Assembly (NCBI GenBank): GCA_963662545.2
Contig: CAXXLL010000003.1
Location: 128,001-192,000 of the forward strand
Length of the DNA: 64,000 bases
Source of the DNA: Gammaproteobacteria bacterium
GTDB lineage: Bacteria; Pseudomonadota; Gammaproteobacteria; Ga0077536
Direction of reading: 5' to 3'
Shown: in pieces, positions 50,227-61,018 of the stretch
Numbering within the stretch: position 1 is the stretch's first letter
Layout: the number at the start of each line of letters is the position of its first letter
Made by a program: the position numbers and the translations under genes
Notes under the pieces: model-generated
Database searches by the model: none
The model's input: only the letters and a program-made list of their open reading frames with translations
Told to the model about the DNA's origin: nothing

Positions 50227-53200
50227 TCAAGCCGCCTGCCATGCAGCGGCGATCACGGGCTCAATTTCCACCGCAATGTAGCCAGGCAAACTCGGATCCG
50301 CGCTAGTCGGCGGATCGTAGACCGCCATCGCCTGCACTAGTTGGTCGACACCGGAAAGGCCGAGAAACTCGCTGCTCGACACCGATATTTTCTCGATGAC
50401 GTTCGACGTGCCCAGATACCAATCACTAATTACAATATTGTCGAGCGAACCGACCAGATCGATGACGAGGTCATCCCCCGTTTGGCTGAACCAGATGTCC
50501 TCTTTGTCGATGTCGAGGCTGGTGAATGCCAGCACGTCGGCGGACCCTCCAGTATCGAAAATTAAGTCCTGACCATCGTGTCGTGAAAACTTATAACGAT
50601 CGTTTCCGGCGCCTCCGCTGAGCGAATCGTCCCCCATGCCACCAATCAGGGTGTTCGCACGCCTTCCCGCCGTAATCACATCGTCTCCGGCAGATCCGAT
50701 TACGGTCGTACGATGTGACCCGGCGTCGATCAGCTCCACACCGATGAGCGTCGTCTCCGAGAAATCCAGTGTTGCCCGCCGCGACTGCGCCTGCAATACA
50801 TCGTAGCCGGCACCACCGTCGATCTCCTCGACTCGATCGTCGCCGCTAAACCGCGCAAAACTGATAACATCGTCTCCCGCGCTTCCCACGATACGGTCGT
50901 AACCGCCGCCGCCGTTGTAGACGTCCTTGCCGAGACCCGTGCCCCAGGCAAGAAATACGTCGTCTCCACCTTCACCCTTGAATACGTTGCGACCCGCACC
51001 GCCCGTAATGGTATCGGCACCCTGTGAGCCAATGATCTTCGTACGATGCGACCCGGCGTCGATCAGTTCCACACCGATGAGCATCGTCTCCGAGAAATCC
51101 AGTGTCGTCCGCCGCGACCGTGCCAGCAAGACGTCGTAGCCGGCTCCGGCGTCGATCTCCTCGACCCGTTTCTCGCGTTTAAACCTCGCAAAAGTGATGA
51201 CATCGTCGCCCGCGCTTCCGACGATGCGGTCATAGCCGGCGCCGCCGGTGTATACGTCCTTACCCAGACCCGCACCCTCGACAATGAACAAGTCGTCGCC
51301 GTCGCCCCCATCGATCGTGTCGTTTCCGGTATTACCGATCAGCACGTCGTCGCCCGCCAGGCCTGAAATCGAGTCGTTACCGCTGCCCCCATCGATGAAA
51401 TCGTCCCCCTGGGTGCCGACGAGGACATCATCCCCGCTCCCGCCGGTAATATCGACGCCGGCGTTCTCTACCGTATTGAGGATTAAAGCGCTCGATACCG
51501 TCGCGCCGATCGCGTCCGTTGCCGTGATCTCGACGGCAATGGAGCCGATGTCGGCGGCAGCGGGAGTGCCGCTGAAACCGCCCGTTGCTGTATCGAACAG
51601 CAACCACGCGGGCAGTGCGCCGCCGCCGACGAGGGTCGCCGTAAACGTCAGCGTGTCGTTCGGATCAAGATCGCTGAAATAGTCTGCACCAATAGAGGCC
51701 GAGAACGCCTGCGTTTCGGTCGCTTCGAATGTCGGTATAGGCGCGACCTCGGGTGCTCGGTTCGCGAGCTCGACGGCGTCAACAAGCGAGACGTTCGCGA
51801 ACAGAAATTCCTCGATACGGCTGCCGGGGTCGGCATACCAGTTTGTGACGCTGACCGTGCTGCCATCCGGTAGTGAGATCGCCAGATCGAGGCCGTCATT
51901 ATCGAAACTCAGGTCGGATTCGAAGATCCCGTTGCCCCAAGTGATGCGGTCCAGTCCGGCCACGTCCGTGATGGTGTCCAGCCCATCTCCAAATTGAAAT
52001 TCGTAGGTGTCATCTCCGCTCCCACCGGTGAGTTGATCATCTCCCGCGCCGCCGATCAGGCGATCATCCCCATCGTCGCCATCGAGCATGTCGTTGCCGA
52101 TGCCGCCAAACAGCGTATCGTTGCCGTTGTTACCGTCGATGACATCGTTGCCACCGAGCCCGAAGATCGTGCGGTCGTTATCGCCAGGCGCCGGATTGGT
52201 GATCACGACGTCGTCGATTACATCGTCGGCCTCAGTTCCGACAACGGCGCTAGAGTCCTGAGGCGCAACGTTCAAACTGAACGTATCCATAACGCCTGCA
52301 CCGACCTGGTCGGTCACCGTAACGGTTACCGTGAAGCCCCCGACATCAGTCGCTGACGGCGTGCCTGAAAATATGCCGCTGGTCGGATCGAAGTTTAGCC
52401 AGCCGGCTAGCGGAGCACCACTGTTCAGCACGGCCGAAAATCCGAGCGAATCCAGAGGATCCGCGTCGATGAACGTCGCGGATGACAGGGTGAACGAAAA
52501 AGCCTGGTCCTGCGTCGCGGATTGATCCGCTATCGGCGCGCTCAGCACCGGCGTCTGATTAACGGTAGCGACCGCATCAAGCGTACTGCCGTCGTCGAAC
52601 GCGAAGGTCTCGATACGGTTCGCGAGCCCATCGAACCAATTCTGAACGGTAATACTGCCGCCGCCTGTAAGTGTCAAAAGCAGATCGGTTCCTGATGGTG
52701 CGAACGACAGGTCCCCGGCAATGATACCCGGACCGAACTGGATGGTATCCGCGCCGCTCGAATCCACGACGAGGTCATCACCGTCCCCGGTGTTGTAGAA
52801 ATACGTGTCGTCACCAGCACCGCCATCGAGGACGTCGTCCCCGGCGAAACCCGTGATACGGTCGATGAGATTCGTACCGGTTAAGGTTTCGGATGACCCT
52901 GTGCCGTCGACATCGAAACCCTGTGCAACCAGTTCTTCGAATGTCAACACGGTCCCATCGTCGAACTGGAACGTGTTGATGTCGCGGTCACTGTTCAGTA
53001 CGTCCAGCGTATCGACACTTTCGAGATGAATCTCGGGTAGATCGCCGCCGAAGGTCAATATGATCGAGCCGGTACCGAGGGAAAAGCTCGAGCTGTTGTA
53101 TCCTGAGCCGAAGGTCGCCGTGTTCCCCGGGGTCCCCGGGCGTTGTGGATTGCTGACGCGAATTCTTGGGCTGCCACTCGCAGGGTTGAATACATAAATA

Positions 53201-56200
53201 TTGCCGCCAGAGGCCCCTGTTAGCGTGATGTTCGTCCCTGGACTGTAGACACCATTAAATCCACCGCTCGCTCCAATATTGACCTGGTTGGATCCCGAGC
53301 CCATGTGCACCGAGAAGGTCCCACCGACATGCAGGTTGATCGTGTCGTTGCCGCCGCCGGCGAATACATCCAGCGGCTGCGTGACCGTGATGACGTCGTC
53401 GTTCACGGAGCCCACGATCAACGTACCGCCAAAACCAGATACGCCGTGGATAATGAAACTTTCAGGGCCGCCGTTGGCAAAACTATCGGACCCGGCTCCT
53501 GCTGCTACGACGATATCTCCAAAACCGTCACCGTTGATATCGCCGGCAGCGCGTACAGCGGCAGTGACGTCCTCGCCCCCACCCGATTCGGATGTCTTTA
53601 CGAGAAACCCATTACTTCCGTCGAGGGCATCCAGTGCAATAAGGCCGCCATGTCCGTCAGAAGCACCGAACACCACTGCCGTGCGAGATGTCACGCCATC
53701 AAAAGAAAAGAGCTCCGTGCCAAGACCAATATCGTCGTTTCCATCGCCATTCACGTCACCGAGAACCGCAATCTGCTTACCAAATTGGTATCCAAAGCCT
53801 TCCGAAGAGAAAAACCCGTCCATGCGGTAGGCGTTGGACCCATCAAGGCTGGCCAACGACAGGGCCCCGGAAACCGACTGCGCGGCACCGAAGATCGCAT
53901 AGCCGCGGCCTCGGCCACCGAAGGTATTCGGGTCGGCATAATAGTAATCTCGAATACCGTCTCCATTGAAATCGCCGCCAGCAGTCGCGGTAATTGGTGC
54001 ACCGGCGTCGTCCAGCAGAGTCGGAACAAATCCGTCCTGCAACCCGTCGACCGGATCCGGTGTCGAGTACGATGAGGCAAGCGTGAGCGCGACAAAATCG
54101 ACGGTTGCCGAGAATACCGCCGTTTGACCAAGCAACACGCTGCCATTAATCGACGCATCAACTAATCCGTTCTCGTCGAAATCGCCGATGACGATTTCGG
54201 CATCACCGTTGCCAGACCCGGAGAAATTGCTAAGGACGAACCCATTGCTGCCATTTAGCGAACCCGCATTTAGCGTGGTGCCAAACCCTTGCGAATTACC
54301 GAATACGACCTTGCCGAAAGGGTCGTCGTTCGCGTCTCTCCCAGTAAGAAAGACGTCGTCCAAGCCGTCGTTGTTGATATCCCCGATCGACCACGGCCAA
54401 GGACCCTTGCTGGACGTTTGATTTACCCATGTGCCGTTCTGTCCATCGATGGTGGCCGGATCGAACAAAGGAACCTGACCACCACTGGCAGGCGGCAACA
54501 CGTCGATCACGAACGTATCCGTTACTATAAGACCGCTCTGGTCGGTCGCGGTTACGTCGATTTCGACGAACCCCGCGTCGACCTGCGCGGGCGTGCCGAA
54601 AAATAGCTGCGCGCCGGCGTTATACGACAACCACGGCGACAGCGCCGTACCGCCAGCCCCCTCGATCGTCAGCGTCAAAGTGTCGCCGAAGTCATCGTCG
54701 TGAAAGGCATCCGCCGGGAGGGTGAAAGAGAATCCGGCGCCGACCGTAGCGGCCTGATTCTGAATCGGGTTGAACACGTCCGGCGTATGCCGAATTAGCT
54801 GGTCAATTTCGAGGAAAGATAGATCGCTACCGTCGTCGAACACCATTCGGTTGAATGCGTTCTCCGTAAATGCAATCGTCGTGCCGCCCGCACTGAACGT
54901 CACCGTGCCGTTCGCTGCAACCGGATCGAGATCTGCAATCGTGGTTCCGACAGGGACGAATAAGGTGTTCTGACCGCTGAGATCCGTGAATGTGACCGTC
55001 GACACGGAGTCGCCAATGACGTAGAAATCGCGTCCCGCATCTCCATCGACGATTGCCCCATCCACATCAACGATGATGATGTCATCGCCGGCCAGCGCCC
55101 CCTCATCGGCCGCTTCACTTACCGCGGCAATCGTGCCGTAGCTCTCTGGCGTAACCGCCTGACCACCGCTCAGCACTGTCGTTCCGCTGATCACCTGATC
55201 GATGGATCCGACTGACCAGTTTCGGATCGTGAGCGAGTTCTCGACGTCGAAAGAAAAGGTGAGATCCGGCCCCGTTTGGGCCAACGGAACGGCAGCCAGG
55301 TCCGCCACGCCCTCAATGAATAGCCGATCGAACCCGTCGGCGTCATCGATGACGTCGTGGCCGTCGCCCAGACGATAAGTGTAGGTGTCGTCACCAGCTT
55401 CCCCGTCCATGAAGTCGACGCCGGTACCACCCGTGAGCATATCGTTGCCAGCGCCGCCGAAGAGGCTGTCGTTGCCGTCACCCCCGATCAATTGGTCGTC
55501 GCCGTCTTCGCCGTTGAGACTGTCATTGCCCGTGCCGCCGTGGAGCCGGTCGTTGCCGGTGCCGCCCAGCAGCGTATCGTTATCCGCACCCCCGCTCAGG
55601 GTATCGTCACCGCTCTCACCAAATAACTCGTCGTCCCCGGCACCTCCGTCCAGAATATCTACGCCGTTTTCGTCCGGTATCGGCGTGCCGAAGGTGTCGC
55701 CATAAAGAATGTCGTTGCCGCCGCCGCCGTTCAGGATGTCGTTTCCGAGCCAGCCGTAAAGAATATCGGAATCACCTTCACCGAAGAGGTGATCGTCCCC
55801 TTCCCCGCCACTAAGAAAATCGTCCCCACCACCACCATGCAAAATATCGTTGTCAGGCGGTGGTGGGTTTGCGCCAAAGAACACGTTGTCAAAAAAGACA
55901 TCGATCGTTCGACCGCCCGCATCGAGAATCGGTGTCGCCGTCCAGTTCCGATCCGGTGTCGCCGAAACATCAACACCGCCGAACATATAGTCATTGCCTT
56001 CTCCGCCAATCAGGACATCGTCGTCGCCCCCCCCCCGCAATAACGTCGGCACCCGATCCGCCATGGAGAACGTCTGTCCCGTCTCGACCCGACAGAAAAT
56101 CATTCCCCTCACCACCGTACTGTTGGTCGTCGCCCGCGTTCCCGACCACGATGTCGTCACCATCACCGGCGTCAACCAAGTCGCCCGATTCGCCCGCGAA

Positions 56201-58459
56201 CTGGCTAATCGAGCCAATGTCCAAAACTGATGTGCTGTTGATGTAATCGCTGCCATCGCCTCCGATAAAACGGTCCGAACCAAACGTGACACCCCTACCG
56301 CCGAACAGATCGTCGTCGCCGCCGAGACCCTCAATCTGATCGTCACCCGCCGTACCCGCGAGCTCACCGTTGTTTCCGATCGAGTCGTCTAGCTCTGTGC
56401 CAATGACCGGGTTAAGACCAGGAGGCGGTGGCGCGGAGGCCTCATCCAGAACGATGCCGTAGTCACCATTCTGGAAACCTTCGATTGGGTCTTGGAATCC
56501 CTCAATAAAAATACGAATGGGGGGCACGAATCCGAGTGCTACGATGCTGGCGTTATTGCCCTGGAGATAGATCGTCACGTTGCGGTCTTCGTTGCGATAG
56601 ACGTTGTCAGCAACCCGCTTGTAAACGTTTGTTAAAGTTAGCTGATTAGGTGCTGCTGCGCCGACGAAAATATGCGCCTGCCGGTCCGAGTCTACGATGA
56701 CGTCGCCGTCGCCAACGTAATATCGATCGCTTCCCGCACCCCCGAGCAAGCGATCAATTTTGCCGTCGTCGCTGTTAGCATTGTCGTTGGCAAACAGATC
56801 GTCCTGACCGTCATTGCCGTGCAACTCATCACCACCAGTTCCGCCAAAAACATCATCGGCACCGGCATTGCCCTCCAGATAGTCATCTGCGCCGAAACCA
56901 GAGATGACATCATCGCCTCCCCCGCTGAAAATATGATCAACGGACGATCCACCGTCGATTCCGGAATCGTTATCGCTCTCCTCCGATCCAAATATATATC
57001 TCGTATCGGGCGACGATACCTGGTGCGCTGCATCCGTCGAAATGGAAAAAGAAGAATCAATGTCGAAAAATTGTGAGCTCCCAAGTTCAAAGAATCGAAA
57101 TCTCGTTCGATCATCGAGCCCGCCCTTGATCTTCAGGGCTAGGAAATTGGCGCGATCGTCTAAGTATTGATCGCTGAAATTATCGAGATCGAGCTGTTCC
57201 TGCTCATTATGCGGTACATAAATGTCGTCGTTGCCAATGATAACAAACGGATTCAACTCGCGGAGTGCGTAGCGGTAGGCGACCTGCCCAAGCACGTTAG
57301 CTTTGATGGTTTCCACACCCATATTAACAATAGTAATTAGCTCCATCGGCAACATTGTCGGAATTGCATCGCTGATCACTGTCGAACTTTCGTAAAGTTG
57401 TTCGCGATCACCATCGCGCACAATGCTGGCACCACTATCTGGAAACAACGACCCGATCGCATTAACAATCGATTCGAGAGTGCTTGCTTTTACGGTGGAG
57501 CTTGCGCGGAATATATCTAGAACCTCTGGCAACTTGGTTTCTAGATTCTCATCGATCAGGCTCAGCAATTCGTAGACCGAAAGCGCGTCTGCGAATGCCA
57601 CTATGCTATGAGCATCTACGATCCCTTCGTTTTCAGTCTCACTGAAGAATAGGCTCTTCTCTCCTGGAACCTTGCCTATCGTATTGACTAAGTCGCCACC
57701 CGTTATTGCGTGATTTAGTTTTGATAAATTGAAAGAGAACCCAATGTCAGAAGATCCCTGAATCGCGATCTCTGCATCGCGAAGCTCATCAAACAACCAT
57801 TCGCTACTCGGCAACGTCCCCTCGATCGGATCAAACCCCGGCGCATTAAATGTGTGAACGCTAAGCGAGTCGTCCGGAGCCAGGCGCGAAAGTACAGTTG
57901 CCAGGTGACCACCTAGCGAATGCCCGGAAATCGCAAATCGTTCGCCGGCAAGGGCACCGTCTTCCTGAGTGGCGAACGAATTTATGGTGATTTCACCTAG
58001 CCCTTCATCGTACGAGAATCGAAGTACCGCATCTCCAACGGAGGCTTTCAAGCGAAGATAGTAGTTGTACATGTCGAGCGCTTGATCAATCGCAATACCG
58101 TCGCCAAAAATATCTGCGAAAACGGTCTGCAGGTCATCAATCGTGTCTAGAGGTGACAAAAGTTCCTTCTCAGCTCCCCGAATGACGAAGCTAATTTCGC
58201 CCGAGCCTCGATGCCTGAACACGGTTGCAGAGAATCCGCTTGGAGTATTCTCTAGTACATCGATGATTTCATAGCCTTTGCCGGGCAGTAATTTGTCGTT
58301 TCCGTCGACCCCGGCAAAAAATCGAGCTTGAGTTTCGCTCATACCTGCCTCGCGCAACGCACCTAGGTGTTCGACAATCGTCATTTCTTTGGTCAGATCC
58401 GCATACGCGGCGAGTGCGGTTTGGGCACCATCAGAATGCTTTGCGATCGAATTGGACAT
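50227..58459 (-). CDS. Giant T1SS substrate: N-terminal lipase-like domain, RTX repeats, three cadherin-like/Ig domains and FG-GAP repeats; frameshifted at a G10 tract
   Basis: GHSLGG; many GGxGxDxL nonamers; GD(I/F/V)NGDG repeats; ORFs 55991-58459 and 50227-56367 join if G10 (56027-56036) is G9, giving ~2743 aa. Confidence 0.88.
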
Positions 58460-58461
58460 CC

Positions 58462-59043
58462 TTAATCCCTCCTAATTTGCGCTTTGTTCGGCTGCACGAA
58501 AACCTGTTTCAAAAAATCGGCGAAATAAGGTCCCTTGGGGCAGTGAATCCCACTCACGTGCAATGCCGTGTTGTTATCAAGCCATCCACCGAAATAGAAA
58601 TAGATCGTATAGGTTCCCAATATTCGCTCTGATTCAATCTCAATAACTCGATGTTGCGTTTTCTCGATTCGGAAAGGACCAAACGGTGGATCTGCTTTGT
58701 GCCGTCGCGTCTGATAGCTTTCGTCAAGTTTTGATCCAACTTTGTTTCCCTTCTCATCGAGAAAGATCGGGCTGCCATCTTCCCGCCAGTGATCCGCAGG
58801 CAATTCCACCTGTTGCATAATCGCCGCGCCACCGTGAATCTTGCAGAGCGAGTAGAAATAAGCGCCCCCCAAAATCACATCCCATATCGGTATCAAGAAC
58901 ACGATGACTAGTCCGACAAGCCAGGTCTTCCATTTCGCATATTTGTGGCTCAATCGCCGCGCGGCAAACCAGACTGCGCTTACGCCAATAACTGCAATCG
59001 CAAGCAATACGAGTAAAGGTAAAGCGAAAACAAAAAATCCCAT
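58462..59043 (-). CDS. Membrane-anchored protein coupled to the RTX gene (candidate immunity/accessory protein)
   Basis: Two N-terminal TM helices and two Cys; stop is 2 nt before the RTX ATG and its tail carries the RTX RBS. Confidence 0.75.
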   Translation of the reverse strand: MGFFVFALPLLVLLAIAVIGVSAVWFAARRLSHKYAKWKTWLVGLVIVFLIPIWDVILGGAYFYSLCKIHGGAAIMQQVELPADHWREDGSPIFLDEKGNKVGSKLDESYQTRRHKADPPFGPFRIEKTQHRVIEIESERILGTYTIYFYFGGWLDNNTALHVSGIHCPKGPYFADFLKQVFVQPNKAQIRRD

Positions 59044-59234
59044 CCCAGATGGTTCCCTCTACTTCGATTGACTGGCCAGTTTCAGGATCCGGCTTTTCAT
59101 TGTGAACGCGGCACTCTCAATATTGATCGGCTTTGATAAACCTTAGGTGTCAACGAAGATCACCAAGCACTCTCGCGTAGTTGTCTCTGTGGTTAATCTT
59201 CCAGTCTTCGAAAGCGCATCGCCCGCAACTTCGA

Positions 59235-60545
59235 TCATCGCTCTGTCAACCCTTCATCCCGGTACCGCAACAAAGGTGTCATCAAAAACTCAATCACCCG
59301 CCGCTTACCCATGTTCACCTCCACCGTCACCGCCATCCCCGGCGTCAAATTCACCAGCTTGTCGTTCACCCACATCGTCGTCTTCGCCATGCTCACCTGC
59401 GCAAGATAAACCAGTCCAAGCTCTTCATTGGCCACCGCATCGGTAGACACCGTCTTGATTTCCCCGTCTATCGTCCCGTATTTAGTGAACGGAAACGTCT
59501 CAACCTTGATCTCCGCCGCCTGCCCTTCGCTCACGAAGCCCACATCCTTGTTAGGGATCCAAGCCTCGATATGCAACGCACCCTCATTCGGCACGATCAA
59601 CATGAGCTTTTCGGCCGGAATCACTACGCCACCGACGGTATTGATCGATAACTGCTGCACCGTCCCGTCGACCGATGCCGTGAGCCGGTATTCGCCGACT
59701 CGGGACTCGGCCTTACGGATCTCCTGCCCATAACTCGCTAGCCGCGTCTCAACGCCGGCAAGCTCGTCACGCCATTGGGCTTCGGTCTGCGCGAGGAGCG
59801 CCGCCACGCGCTGTTTCAAATTGGCCGCAGCCGCGTCACTCACGCCTAGCTGTGCGATGAACACCTCGCGCGCGCGTTCTTGTTCCACGCGCTCTTCCTC
59901 AAGCTCCAGCATGGTGGCGCGCGGCGCGAGCGACTGCTTTGCAAGCTTCTTGAGCGCCTGCGCCCGCTCGCTGATCAGAGGGAGGGTCGCGTCGAGCTGC
60001 TCGATGCGCTTCTCGACTGTTTGGCGCTCGGCGCGAATACGGCGGAGTTCGTCCAGAAGCGCGAGCCTTTGCGAATCCAAAGCGCGGAATTCCTTCTCGA
60101 TGCGCGTCAGCACTGAAACCGGGAGATCTTCGATAACAGGCGGATTGGTGCCCGTTTCGAGGCGTGCCAGTAAGGCTTCTAATCGCAGGCGATCGCGATC
60201 GAGGAAACGGCGTTCTTCGGTCAGACGCTCTAGATCGGCGCTGGCCTTGGTGTCTTCAAGTTCGATGAGTACGTCACCGGCCTTGACCCGTTGGCCTTCC
60301 TCGACGTGGATGGCGCGTACGATGGCCGTTTGGACCGGTTGGACGACCTTGACCCGACCCGACGGGACGATCTTGCCGTGAGCGATGCCGACGATGTCGA
60401 CGTGCCCCAAGGTGGCCCAAATGATAGTGATGACGAAGAAGGCCATGACGGACCAGAGAATCCAGCGCGCGATTAGAAGTGGGGGGGTGCGCTCTATTTC
60501 CAGGGCGGCGGGGAGGAATTCGTTTTCTGGGGGGCGGTTGCTCAT
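59235..60545 (-). CDS. HlyD-family T1SS membrane fusion protein
   Basis: EFLPAALEI..TP, GKIVPSGRVKVVQP, KVETFPFTKYG, LTPGMAVTVE. Confidence 0.95.
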   Translation of the reverse strand: MSNRPPENEFLPAALEIERTPPLLIARWILWSVMAFFVITIIWATLGHVDIVGIAHGKIVPSGRVKVVQPVQTAIVRAIHVEEGQRVKAGDVLIELEDTKASADLERLTEERRFLDRDRLRLEALLARLETGTNPPVIEDLPVSVLTRIEKEFRALDSQRLALLDELRRIRAERQTVEKRIEQLDATLPLISERAQALKKLAKQSLAPRATMLELEEERVEQERAREVFIAQLGVSDAAAANLKQRVAALLAQTEAQWRDELAGVETRLASYGQEIRKAESRVGEYRLTASVDGTVQQLSINTVGGVVIPAEKLMLIVPNEGALHIEAWIPNKDVGFVSEGQAAEIKVETFPFTKYGTIDGEIKTVSTDAVANEELGLVYLAQVSMAKTTMWVNDKLVNLTPGMAVTVEVNMGKRRVIEFLMTPLLRYRDEGLTER

Positions 60546-60586
60546 CACTTATTTACTACTAAGAACACTAAGAACACGGAGAACGT

Positions 60587-60992
60587 TTAAATTGATATTC
60601 GTTTTATGCCGTTTTTCATGGGGAGGGCGTGGAAGTTGAGTAACAGGCCGCGCTTGATGCGCAGAAGTTTTAAGTAAGTTAATGAGCTGGGCTGTGTGTA
60701 TAAGATCGAAATTTCTCACGGCCTTAACCTCGAGGACCAAGGCACCTTCAATGACGATATACGCGCGAAAACCAATGCCAAGGCGGACGCCTTTGTAATC
60801 CACATCAACAGGCACCTGCGATCTGAACTGCAAACCGCATGCCTCCAGTTCGAACGCAAGCGCGTTTTCATAAATTGCCCCCAGCAAACCCGGTCCCAAG
60901 GTCCGATTTATTTCAATCGCAATGCCGATGAGTCGATATACCAAACGTTCATCACCTGCCTTCACTCCAGGAACGATCCCTATTCCTTCCAT
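60587..60992 (-). pseudogene. GxxExxY-family protein, degenerate (E>G in the motif and a +1 frameshift near 60680)
   Basis: LGPGLLGAIYENAL, QVPVDVDYKG, LEVKAV, HTAQLI; the other frame continues TYLKLLRIKRGLLLNF...GIKRISI*. Confidence 0.8.
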
Positions 60993-61018
60993 TCTCCGTG
61001 CTCTTCGCGGTTAATGAA

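Noticed and set aside
56037-56367. Independent start for a 2046-aa RTX protein
   Set aside because: The first ~110 aa are out-of-frame sequence upstream of the G10 slip; it is one gene with 55991-58459.
56480-56500. Asp-Pro (FQDP) as an FrpC-like self-processing site
   Set aside because: The following sequence does not resemble a self-processing module, and a lone DP is expected by chance.
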